Origin: an uncultured Brevinematales bacterium
Lineage (GTDB): Bacteria; Spirochaetota; Brevinematia; Brevinematales; JAOACQ01
Reading direction: 5' to 3'
NCBI GenBank assembly: GCA_964413265.1
Contig: CAYPRX010000013.1
Location: 27,400 to 91,399 of the forward strand
DNA: 64,000 nucleotides
The notes under the pieces were generated by a model that saw only the letters and a list, made by a program, of their open reading frames with translations, made no database searches and was not told where the DNA came from. Position 1 is the stretch's first letter. Every line of letters begins with the position of its first letter. Positions 45,464 through 54,358 of the stretch are shown here, in pieces. Made by a program: the position numbers and the translations under genes.

Positions 45464-46387
45464 ATGTCTTTGCAGATAGATAGAAAAATACTTGAAGAAA
45501 TAAGAGAATTAAAAAAAGAAAAGAATGCAGTTATTTTAGCCCATAACTATCAGTTACCGGAAATCCAGGATACTGCAGATTATATAGGTGATTCGCTCGG
45601 GCTTGCAAAGATGGCAAGGCAGGCTACAGGCGATACAATAGTAATGTGCGGCGTCTATTTTATGGCTGAGACCGCAGCTGTATTAAACCCCGGCAGGACA
45701 GTTATAATCCCGGATAAAGAAGCCCTCTGTCCATTGGCCTCTTTTGCGAATAAAAAGATGGTTCTCGAATGGAGGAAAAGATATCCTGAACATGCCTTTG
45801 TTGCTTATGTAAATACGACTGCGGAGGTTAAAGCTCTGGCCGATGTGTGCTGTACCTCTGCCAATGCCCTGGAAATAGTAAGAAGGCTTCCTCAATCAAA
45901 AATAGTGTTTTTACCGGACAAAAATCTGGGTTCATACGTTAAGGAAATAGTTAAAGAAAAAGAAATCGTCCTTTGGCCAGGCTTCTGTGTCGTGCATGAA
46001 AAGGCCGATCCTGAAGCTGTATCGAAAACAAAAGGGATCTACCCTAAGGCTGCCGTCCTGGTGCATCCGGAATGTCCGGCCGAGATAAGGAATTTGGGGG
46101 ATGCCGTATTGAGTACAGGGCAGATGTTTGAATTTGTTGAAAAACATCCTGAAATTGATGATTATATAATTGTAACAGAGTGGGGAATCAACTACGGACT
46201 GAGCAGAAGGTTTAAGAAAAATTTTATTGAGCCACTGAAGCGTATGGAATGCAGGAATATGAAAAGAATAAACTCGCGGAAACTGCTTGAAAGTCTGAGA
46301 AGTATGGATTTTAAAATACAGGTTGATAGTGTTGTTGCAGGAAATTCAGCCAGGGCAATTGAAAAGATGCTGGATTTAATGCAATAA
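45464..46387 (+). CDS. nadA: Quinolinate synthase
   Basis: 307 aa with ILAHNYQLPEIQDTADYIGDSLGLA, the VHPECP motif and the expected conserved Cys pattern. Confidence 0.9.
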   Translation: MSLQIDRKILEEIRELKKEKNAVILAHNYQLPEIQDTADYIGDSLGLAKMARQATGDTIVMCGVYFMAETAAVLNPGRTVIIPDKEALCPLASFANKKMVLEWRKRYPEHAFVAYVNTTAEVKALADVCCTSANALEIVRRLPQSKIVFLPDKNLGSYVKEIVKEKEIVLWPGFCVVHEKADPEAVSKTKGIYPKAAVLVHPECPAEIRNLGDAVLSTGQMFEFVEKHPEIDDYIIVTEWGINYGLSRRFKKNFIEPLKRMECRNMKRINSRKLLESLRSMDFKIQVDSVVAGNSARAIEKMLDLMQ

Positions 46388-46425
46388 AAGACTGGAAAGT
46401 ATATAATATCATTCAGGAGGATGTC

Positions 46426-46578
46426 ATGCCTTTTAAAGTTACTCTTGATAATGCAATGAAAGGAATAAAATTTGCCTCAAAAGAGGAAGCTGTCGACGCT
46501 ATGTGGGAATTTTACAAGGATAAAATGCAAAGAGAAGAATTTGAAAAATTTATTCAGGATCATATAGAGGAAGTATAA
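46426..46578 (+). CDS. Small hypothetical protein (50 aa), not in the ORF track
   Basis: AGGAGG (46415-46420) lies 5 nt before ATG 46426. The product is MPFKVTLDNAMKGIKFASKEEAVDAMWEFYKDKMQREEFEKFIQDHIEEV and the stop is TAA 46576-46578. It fills an otherwise empty 205-nt gap. Confidence 0.4.
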   Translation: MPFKVTLDNAMKGIKFASKEEAVDAMWEFYKDKMQREEFEKFIQDHIEEV

Positions 46579-46592
46579 TAAAAGGGGCAGCT

Positions 46593-47267
46593 TTGAGAGT
46601 ATTAGCCGTTAGCGATGTAGTAAATCCTAACCTCTACAGCGCCCAGGTAAAAGACATGGCCGGCAATGTTGATGTAATAATCTCCTGCGGAGATTTGCCG
46701 GTTTACTATCTCGATTTCCTTGCTTCAAGCCTTTTAAAACCCCTCTATTTTGTCTGCGGTAATCATGATCATTATGAAGAGCAGGAAGAGTACTGCACCG
46801 AACCTTTGAAATTCGAAAATTTCGTCTTAAAAACCAGAGCGCAGAAAATGGATGTCTGCTTCGGCGGAACGGACCTGGACGAAAGGATTGAGAAAGTCGG
46901 CCATCTATTGATCGGCGGACTTGAGGGCTCTGTAGTTTATAATTGGGGAGAGCACCAATACACAGAAAACCAGATGCGAAGAAAAATATTGAAAATGATG
47001 CCGGCGATGTATTTAAACAGCCTGTTTTCAGGAAGATATCTGGATGTCCTTATAACTCATGCCCCGCCATTCGGCATTCATGATAAAAAAGATATTGCCC
47101 ACCGCGGATTCAAGGCTTTGTTAAATTTCATAAAACGTTACCATCCGAAATATCTTCTTCATGGTCATACCCATATCTATGATATTTCTGAAAAAAGGAT
47201 ATTCGAATATGAGGGAACCAAGGTTGTAAATTGCTATGATTTTGTCATTCTTGATATCAAGGTTTAA
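46593..47267 (+). CDS. Calcineurin-like metallophosphoesterase
   Basis: 224 aa with VSD, GDLP, CGNHD, THAPP and GHTH metal-ligand motifs in the canonical order. TTG start with an AAAGGGG RBS. Confidence 0.75.
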   Translation: MRVLAVSDVVNPNLYSAQVKDMAGNVDVIISCGDLPVYYLDFLASSLLKPLYFVCGNHDHYEEQEEYCTEPLKFENFVLKTRAQKMDVCFGGTDLDERIEKVGHLLIGGLEGSVVYNWGEHQYTENQMRRKILKMMPAMYLNSLFSGRYLDVLITHAPPFGIHDKKDIAHRGFKALLNFIKRYHPKYLLHGHTHIYDISEKRIFEYEGTKVVNCYDFVILDIKV

Positions 47268-47279
47268 TGGGGTCAGCGG

Positions 47280-48194
47280 ATGAATACCCGTAGCACTTCG
47301 CTTGATGTTCGGGCAAATGAAGCATATGATAAGGCTCGTAATAAAGCTTTCTTTAACGAGATTTTCAATAAGATATTAAGGAAAAGAAATGAATTGTTCA
47401 GGCTTGACGAAGTCAAATATATACTCTCACCAGAAGGAATGAGCTACAAGGGTCTGCAAACCATTCCGATTAATAAAATTATGGGCAGCGAAGGTCGGTA
47501 TTCAGATTTCGATATAAATTTTCTGCCGATTAAAAATTATAACCGGTCTCGCTGGCTGAATGTAAAAGTGGCGAAACTTAAAGAAATGATTCTTCCCCCG
47601 ATTCTTGTTTATAAAATTGATGATTATTATTTCGTTCGTGACGGGAATCATCGCGTCTCGGTCGCGAAGGAACTCGGCCAGGAATTTATCGATGCTGAAG
47701 TTGTAGAATTGTTTACGAGGGTGGAGCTTTCGGAATTAAGCGATAAGGAGCTTCTTCTTGCCGAAAGCCATAAGTATTTCCTTACAAAAACCAAATTCGA
47801 CAAATATATTCCGCATGTCAGAATAAAATTGACAAACCCATGGGGTTATTATAGATTGATAGAACATATAAACACATATAAATATTATGAGAGTGAAGAA
47901 AAAAAGCATGAGGTGTGCTGGGAAGATTCAATTAAATTATGGTATAATAAGCTTTTTCTGCCCGTAACCAGATTAATAAAAAAGAGAAAAATTCTCAGAA
48001 AATTTCCGGGACGCGAGGCTGGTGATCTTTATATCTGGATTCTTGACCACTGGCATTTTCTTAAAGAAAAATACGGAAACGTTTCACTTGAGAAGGCTCT
48101 GGAAGACTATTCAGAAAGGTTTGGGAAGGGTTACTGGGGGCTTCTTAGGGTCAAATTAGGGATTTTCTTAAAGAAATTATTGAAATTGGGTTAA
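47280..48194 (+). CDS. ParB/Srx-fold (ParB-like nuclease domain) protein with a helical C-terminal extension (DUF4032-like)
   Basis: 304 aa with the LPPILVYKIDDYYFVRDGNHRVSVAKELGQEFIDAEV core typical of ParB N-terminal-like domains. Confidence 0.6.
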   Translation: MNTRSTSLDVRANEAYDKARNKAFFNEIFNKILRKRNELFRLDEVKYILSPEGMSYKGLQTIPINKIMGSEGRYSDFDINFLPIKNYNRSRWLNVKVAKLKEMILPPILVYKIDDYYFVRDGNHRVSVAKELGQEFIDAEVVELFTRVELSELSDKELLLAESHKYFLTKTKFDKYIPHVRIKLTNPWGYYRLIEHINTYKYYESEEKKHEVCWEDSIKLWYNKLFLPVTRLIKKRKILRKFPGREAGDLYIWILDHWHFLKEKYGNVSLEKALEDYSERFGKGYWGLLRVKLGIFLKKLLKLG

Positions 48195-49069
48195 TGTACA
48201 TGACTGTAATAAAAAAAATACTGATCGTAGCCAATATAAAAAAAAGGAGGGTGGGAGCCATCGCCCGTGATCTTCAGGCCCTTCTAAAAAGTAAAAATAT
48301 ATACTCATTCATTACAAGCCCGATCCACTTCATGCTGAATAACGGCAATCTTCTGACAGATCTTAATTCAGGCTTCAAATTTACAAATTACGATCTTATA
48401 ATAGCTCTCGGGGGTGATGGGACTTTCCTGTTCACTGCCAGAACATTTCATAATTTCAACCTTCCTATTCTCGGTATCAATATCGGCAGGATAGGTTTCC
48501 TTATGGAAGTAAATCCGTCCGATATGGAAACCGTTCTAAATAAGATCATCAGCGGTGAGATCAAGGTTTACAATAGGATCCTTATTGAAGCTACCGTGGT
48601 GAGGGACGGTAAAAAGATCTTTATCTGTCCTTTTTTAAACGATGCAGTAGTTTCAAAAGGCGTGCTTTCGAGAATGGTTGAACTTTCTGTCTGCTTAGGC
48701 AGCGAACCTCTCTCTCAATACCGTTCCGACGGACTGATCGTCTCTACACCGACAGGATCAACCGCTTACAGTCTGGCAGCTGGCGGACCCATACTAACCC
48801 AGGATCTGGAAGCCATGATAATAACTCCGATCTGTCCACATATATTAGGAGTCAGACCTATCGTGACTACAGTAAACAAGGAACTGAGCATCGTCCTTAC
48901 GACTGGAGAAAAGGATACCACACTTACAATCGATGGACAGGAAAATTTTTATCTCTCTATCGGTGACATTCTGACATTCAAAAAAATCCCCAATGGTGTA
49001 AGTGTCTATGAACCAGGGGAAAAGAAATATTTCAGCATATTGAGGGGGAAATTGGGGTGGCATAAATGA
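48194..49069 (+). CDS. nadK: NAD kinase
   Basis: 291 aa with GGDGTFL, NDAVV and STPTGSTAYSLAAGGPI. Its start overlaps the upstream stop (TAATG). Confidence 0.9.
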   Translation: MYMTVIKKILIVANIKKRRVGAIARDLQALLKSKNIYSFITSPIHFMLNNGNLLTDLNSGFKFTNYDLIIALGGDGTFLFTARTFHNFNLPILGINIGRIGFLMEVNPSDMETVLNKIISGEIKVYNRILIEATVVRDGKKIFICPFLNDAVVSKGVLSRMVELSVCLGSEPLSQYRSDGLIVSTPTGSTAYSLAAGGPILTQDLEAMIITPICPHILGVRPIVTTVNKELSIVLTTGEKDTTLTIDGQENFYLSIGDILTFKKIPNGVSVYEPGEKKYFSILRGKLGWHK

Positions 49070-50760
49070 TAGAAAGGCTTTTTATAAAGAATTATGCTAT
49101 CATAGATTCCCTTGAAATTGAGCTTGATGACGGTTTTAATGTTTTTACGGGGGAAACAGGTGCCGGTAAATCGATCATAATAGGCGCCCTGAGCCTTCTT
49201 ATGGGTGAAAAAGGGGACATCACATCGATACGCACAGGAGAAGAAAAGGCCCTGATCGAGGCCACCATAAATGTGAAAAGCAGTGATGTGGCCAGTAAAC
49301 TCAGGGATTTAAATATTGAAATTAATGGAAATTTAATTCTCCGGAGAGAAATCGCGACTGGAAATAAGGGCAGGGTTTTTGTCAATGGTCTGCAGGAATC
49401 TGTATCGAGACTGGAGGAATTAGGCGAATGGCTGCTGGATATCCATGGCCAGCATGACCACCAGCTTTTGCTAAGCCAGAAGGTTCATCTCGATATCCTG
49501 GATGGCTATGGAGTTCTTCACAATGAGCTTGATGAATTAAAGGCAACCTTTAACCTCATTCAGAAAAAATTCAGTGAAAAAAAAGAACTTGAACAGGACG
49601 AAGCAAAACTTCAGGAAGAAAAAATCTACTGGGAGCAGGCCGTTAAGGATATTGAAAAGTCAGGACTGCGATGTGAAGAGGAAGAAGAGCTGTCTATGGA
49701 CCTTAAAAAGATGGAAAACTCCGAGAACCTTGATATTGCTTTTTCAAGTGCCAGAGGTTTTTTGTATGATGAGGAGATGTCAGTAACGGCAAGGCTTGCA
49801 AGGGCGATAATATCTCTGAGGGATATCTCCGGGCTTGATAAGCGCTACGGAGAACTAATGGAAATACTTGAGGATTCACAGGCTAAACTTAATGAAAGTG
49901 TAAATCTGATTTCAGAATTCAGGGGAGAGCTTGATTTTGACCAGAAGGTAATGGAAGATACTATCGACAGGATTGAATTGATAAAAGACATTAAAAGAAA
50001 ATACCATAAAAATTCTATAACCGAGCTTCTTCAGTATATGAACGAATGCTCGGAGAAGCTGATAAAGTTCGAAAACAGGTCGGCTGAACTTGAAAGGCTA
50101 AACAAGGAAATTGATAAAATCAGGGATGAACTCATAGAAAAATCGGTAAACCTATCCAAGAAAAGGCAGGAAATTGCTAAAGAACTTTCAGACAAGGTGA
50201 AAGACGAGATGTCCTTCCTTGGAATGGAAAAAGCCGAATTCATAGTGGATATAAAATATATTAGAGAGGAAGGAAGCCCCTATATCATCAACGGTATACC
50301 TATTAAGATACAGGAAACAGGAATGGACAGGGTTGAATTTTTTATAAGCTCTAATCCCGGAGAAGAACCAAAGCCGCTTAAAAAAGTGGCATCGGGAGGA
50401 GAAATCTCAAGGATAATGCTCTCACTTAAATCCGTTTTTGCACAGAGCGATATGATTGAAACACTCATTTTCGATGAGATAGATGTAGGGATAGGAGGAG
50501 TAACGGCTAACCATGTCGCTGAGAAGATGCGTAAAATTGGGGAAGACAAGCAGGTTATCGTTATTACACACCTTCCGCAGATCGCATCGAAGGCGAAGAG
50601 TCACTACCAGATATCAAAATATGTTAAAGACGATAAAACTTTCACAAGAATCGAGAAACTTGAGGGCGAAAAAAGGGTAGAAGAGATAATAAGGATGCTG
50701 GGGGGAGAAACCGATAAAAGCAGGGCTCATGCTATAGAAATGCTTACAAATAATCAATAA
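49066..50760 (+). CDS. recN: DNA repair protein RecN
   Basis: 564 aa with Walker A GETGAGKSII, a long coiled coil, the signature ASGGEISRIMLSLK and Walker B LIFDEIDVGIGG. A 4-nt overlap links it to nadK. Confidence 0.9.
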   Translation: MIERLFIKNYAIIDSLEIELDDGFNVFTGETGAGKSIIIGALSLLMGEKGDITSIRTGEEKALIEATINVKSSDVASKLRDLNIEINGNLILRREIATGNKGRVFVNGLQESVSRLEELGEWLLDIHGQHDHQLLLSQKVHLDILDGYGVLHNELDELKATFNLIQKKFSEKKELEQDEAKLQEEKIYWEQAVKDIEKSGLRCEEEEELSMDLKKMENSENLDIAFSSARGFLYDEEMSVTARLARAIISLRDISGLDKRYGELMEILEDSQAKLNESVNLISEFRGELDFDQKVMEDTIDRIELIKDIKRKYHKNSITELLQYMNECSEKLIKFENRSAELERLNKEIDKIRDELIEKSVNLSKKRQEIAKELSDKVKDEMSFLGMEKAEFIVDIKYIREEGSPYIINGIPIKIQETGMDRVEFFISSNPGEEPKPLKKVASGGEISRIMLSLKSVFAQSDMIETLIFDEIDVGIGGVTANHVAEKMRKIGEDKQVIVITHLPQIASKAKSHYQISKYVKDDKTFTRIEKLEGEKRVEEIIRMLGGETDKSRAHAIEMLTNNQ

Positions 50761-50809
50761 CTTCACTTTTTCACACAAAATTAATAACCGATTAACCTTT
50801 TCAAAACAA

Positions 50810-52672
50810 ATGGTAATTAACATGTTAAAAAATTTACGGCGACCTTATAGAATTATGGAAGGAAATAAGGAAAAATGGTATTATATAGCATCATGTGTTG
50901 ATTACGCATTCCAGCCTATTGTCAACACATATACGGGTAAGGTATTCGGTGTTGAGGCTCTTTTAAGGAATTATCAGAAGTGCGGGTTTGAAAAAATCTC
51001 TTCAATATTTGACCGGGCTTTGACAGATGAATATCTTGTTGAGCTTGATAGAATCCTCCTTGAAAAAGCTGCTTCTAAATTTTCTCTGATAAAAACAAAT
51101 GAACATATAAAGCTCTTTTATAACATTGATAACAGGGTTGTCCAGCTTGATGGGTTCGACAGGGAATATGCAAGGTCTATTATGAAAAAATACCTGCTTG
51201 ATCCCAACCAGCTGTGTTTTGAAATATCAGAGAGGCATAACTTTGATTCTTTTGAAAAAACCAAGGATCTTCTCGGGGGAATTAAAGAGAATTTTTTTAA
51301 AATAGCGATCGATGATTTTGGAACTGGATTTTCAGGTTTTGAGTTTCTGTATCATTTTGAGCCTGATTATATAAAAATAGACCGATTTTTTATTTCTAAT
51401 ATCCATTCCGATTCTAAGAAAAGGATGCTTCTTTCCTATCTTGTTAATATATCACATATGCTTGGAACCCTCGTCATAGCTGAAGGTATTGAAACTGAGA
51501 ATGAGTACTATTTCTGTAAAAGCATAGGTTGCGACCTTATCCAGGGATTCCTGCTCGGAGAACCATACCTCGATCATATGTATTTCAGGAATAAAATAGA
51601 ATATCTTGAGTTCCTGAATAATATAGACAAGAGACAAAAAACCATTGATGAAAACCTGATATTTAAAGAAATGGAATATATAGAGCCAGTTCTTATTGAT
51701 ATGGAGCTTTTTGAAATATTTGAAATTTTCAAGAAAAATAAGAAAAATTCATTCTTCCCGGTTATAAATAAAGAATATGAACCTCTTGGAATTATCAGCG
51801 AGGAAAGTCTGAAAGATTATATATATTCCCCTTATGGGAAGGAAGTTCTGAAAAATAAGACGCTTTCCGGTAATTCGGAACATTTTGTTGTGAAAAACCC
51901 GGTATCGGAAGTCAATACCAGGATTGAGAAAATACTAGAACTCTTCGCAATCGATGAGGATTCCGGCGGTATTATAATAACTGAAAATGGGAAGTACATA
52001 GGATTCCTCGGAGCGAAGGAGTTATTAAAGGCGATCCATGAAAAAAACCTCGAGTCAGCCATGAACCAGAATCCGCTAACAAAACTGCCCGGCAACAATT
52101 CCATATATCAATACCTCTCGGCTATCCTGGAAGAAACTGATTTCGAGCATTACCTTATCTACCTTGATATAAATAATTTCAAGGCCTTTAACGATAAATA
52201 CGGGTTCAGGCAGGGTGACAGAGCCCTGCTTAAATTTACAGATATGCTGGTACGTATCTCCAGGGAATTTTTCATAGCCCATATCGGCGGGGATGATTTT
52301 TTTGCCGGATATAAGTCCAGGAATGAAAGGTTCGATTTTGTTTTTAAGATAATTAACAGGATACTGGATGAATTCGCAATGGAAATTGTCTCTCTCTATT
52401 CAGATGATGACAGGAGAAGGGGTTATATAACATCGATAGACCGTGAGGGCAAAAAAAGGCATTTTCCCCTTCTTTCAGCCTGTGCAGTGATGCTACAGAT
52501 TCCTGTGGGACCTGTCCCATTCTCAATCGATGAGATCAGCAGCATGATAAGCGATATAAAAAAGGCGGCGAAAAGAGATAATGAAAAAATCCTCTGTGTT
52601 TCGCTGGTGAAAGAAGGGATTTTCAGGAGGGTCAGATTTGAAGCAGCTGATCCCGCTGCAGAGGCTGTTTAA
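50810..52672 (+). CDS. EAL - CBS pair - degenerate GGDEF (GGDDF) signalling protein
   Basis: 620 aa. EAL blocks are QPIV, GVEALLR, FEISER, IAIDDFGTGFSG, IKIDR, VIAEGIETE and IQGFLLGEP. It also has two CBS-like repeats and a C-terminal cyclase fold with DINNFKAFNDKYGFRQGD and HIGGDDFF. Confidence 0.8.
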   Translation: MVINMLKNLRRPYRIMEGNKEKWYYIASCVDYAFQPIVNTYTGKVFGVEALLRNYQKCGFEKISSIFDRALTDEYLVELDRILLEKAASKFSLIKTNEHIKLFYNIDNRVVQLDGFDREYARSIMKKYLLDPNQLCFEISERHNFDSFEKTKDLLGGIKENFFKIAIDDFGTGFSGFEFLYHFEPDYIKIDRFFISNIHSDSKKRMLLSYLVNISHMLGTLVIAEGIETENEYYFCKSIGCDLIQGFLLGEPYLDHMYFRNKIEYLEFLNNIDKRQKTIDENLIFKEMEYIEPVLIDMELFEIFEIFKKNKKNSFFPVINKEYEPLGIISEESLKDYIYSPYGKEVLKNKTLSGNSEHFVVKNPVSEVNTRIEKILELFAIDEDSGGIIITENGKYIGFLGAKELLKAIHEKNLESAMNQNPLTKLPGNNSIYQYLSAILEETDFEHYLIYLDINNFKAFNDKYGFRQGDRALLKFTDMLVRISREFFIAHIGGDDFFAGYKSRNERFDFVFKIINRILDEFAMEIVSLYSDDDRRRGYITSIDREGKKRHFPLLSACAVMLQIPVGPVPFSIDEISSMISDIKKAAKRDNEKILCVSLVKEGIFRRVRFEAADPAAEAV

Positions 52673-53052
52673 TAAGAGACCTTAGCCATGCTTTTGCTTG
52701 CCCTAACATCGATGCCAAGTTTAAAGATATCTTCAAGGATTATCTGATTGAAAGATACGGGAGCTTCAAGTTCAATCTCTCCGAGTAATTTAATAAGTTC
52801 AAAAATCTTATCCCTGGGAATGGGCTTAGTTGTCCAGACAGGTAAAAGGGGGTGAGGTCCGTTTTTAACCCTTACAGTAGTTGTTACGATCCTCCTCGGG
52901 TCAGTCAGTTCACTCCTTATATAATCGTCACCAAGCTTGCAGAAATGTCCTGTGATACTTGTAATCGCACCATGACCGTCGAGGGAAGTCTGGATTTCGC
53001 AGCCTCTGGGACACCTGATGCAGATCAATTTTTTTTTAAAATTGTTTGCCAT
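52669..53052 (-). CDS. DUF1667-domain protein (small subunit of a three-gene glycerol-3-phosphate dehydrogenase set)
   Basis: 127 aa with CIRCPRGCEI...GHFCKLGDDY...PRRIVTTTVRV...LPVWTTKPIP. It lies immediately downstream of the two flavoprotein genes. Confidence 0.7.
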   Translation of the reverse strand: MANNFKKKLICIRCPRGCEIQTSLDGHGAITSITGHFCKLGDDYIRSELTDPRRIVTTTVRVKNGPHPLLPVWTTKPIPRDKIFELIKLLGEIELEAPVSFNQIILEDIFKLGIDVRASKSMAKVSY

Positions 53053-53062
53053 AAACTGACAC

Positions 53063-54358
53063 CTATTCCATTTCTATTAAGCGGATTTCTATTACTGATA
53101 ACTCCTCAATACCCGGGCAAAACCATTCATTCGGTTTAATATTTTTTATGATCATTTCTGCAGGCCTGACATAATTCTCTTTATAAGATTTTATGACAGT
53201 GGGTCCCGCAAGGATTTCGATCAGCACATTTTTTTCCATCGGTGTCTGTGCCCTGAGGCCCAGTGTGAACCCTGTAGCAGATAACGTTTCTGGTGATACG
53301 TATTGGGGCACAACACTCCTGACATTATATCCGCAAGTAATTTTAATCATGTTCGGATGCCTGTATGCGATCATATTATTCTTAAGCTTTACGGCATAAA
53401 TAGCAGCATTTTTCCCGGCCGTATAGCCGGCAAGACTGACATAATCGGCTACATCGTATATAGTGACTGCATTGCCGGCTGCAAAAATCCCGTCTACATT
53501 TGTTTCCATCTTATCATCGACAACCGGTCCGCCTGTGAGAGGATCCAATTCTATGCCGGCTTTAAGAGAAAGCTCGTTTTCAGGGATAAGTCCGATGGAT
53601 AAGAGCAGGGTATCGCACTCTATAGTTTCTTCAGTTCCGGGCAACGGAAAGAATGATTCATCGACTTTAACTGTTTTAACAGCTTCAACCCTTTTATCAC
53701 CGATTACGCCGATAACCGAACGTCCGAGATCAAGCTGGACGTCGAAATCCTGCAGACATTGTACATAGTTTCTCCTGAGTCCCGTCAAGTAAGGCATAGC
53801 CTCCACCACTCTCTCAACCCTTGCCCTTTCAAGTGTGAGCCTCCTGGCCATAATCATGCCAATATCGCCGCTTCCAAGTATCACAAAACGCTTACCGGGC
53901 ATATAACCTTCGATATTGACCATCCGCTGGACCGTGCCGGCAGTATAAACTCCAGCCGGACGCATTCCTGGAATCCTTATCTGAGCCCTGGTCCTTTCAC
54001 GGCAGCCCATCGCAAGAACAACAGCCCTCCCCTTCAATTCTATAAAACCGCTGATAATATTGTTGGCGTAAACATGCCTTGAGGGGGTCATATCGATAAC
54101 AGCTGTATCGGTAAGGATGTTGATGCCGTATTTTTCAGCTTCATCAGTAAAATATTCTGCATAGGAAGGTCCTGGCATATCTTTATTGAACAGTACGGTT
54201 CCAAAGCCGTTATGTATGCACTGGGGGAGGATACCGCCTGCTTCACTGTTCCTCTCAAGGACCAGCACATCCATAGCTCCAGTCTTTTTTGCCTCTATAG
54301 CGGAGGCAAGGCCCGCAGGTCCGCTGCCGATGATGATTACATCGTATATGTCTTTCAT
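53063..54358 (-). CDS. FAD/NAD(P)-binding pyridine nucleotide-disulfide oxidoreductase-like subunit
   Basis: 431 aa with YDVIIIGSGPAGLASA and a second Rossmann fold FVILGSGDIGMIMA. A 4-nt overlap links it to the upstream gene. Confidence 0.8.
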   Translation of the reverse strand: MKDIYDVIIIGSGPAGLASAIEAKKTGAMDVLVLERNSEAGGILPQCIHNGFGTVLFNKDMPGPSYAEYFTDEAEKYGINILTDTAVIDMTPSRHVYANNIISGFIELKGRAVVLAMGCRERTRAQIRIPGMRPAGVYTAGTVQRMVNIEGYMPGKRFVILGSGDIGMIMARRLTLERARVERVVEAMPYLTGLRRNYVQCLQDFDVQLDLGRSVIGVIGDKRVEAVKTVKVDESFFPLPGTEETIECDTLLLSIGLIPENELSLKAGIELDPLTGGPVVDDKMETNVDGIFAAGNAVTIYDVADYVSLAGYTAGKNAAIYAVKLKNNMIAYRHPNMIKITCGYNVRSVVPQYVSPETLSATGFTLGLRAQTPMEKNVLIEILAGPTVIKSYKENYVRPAEMIIKNIKPNEWFCPGIEELSVIEIRLIEME

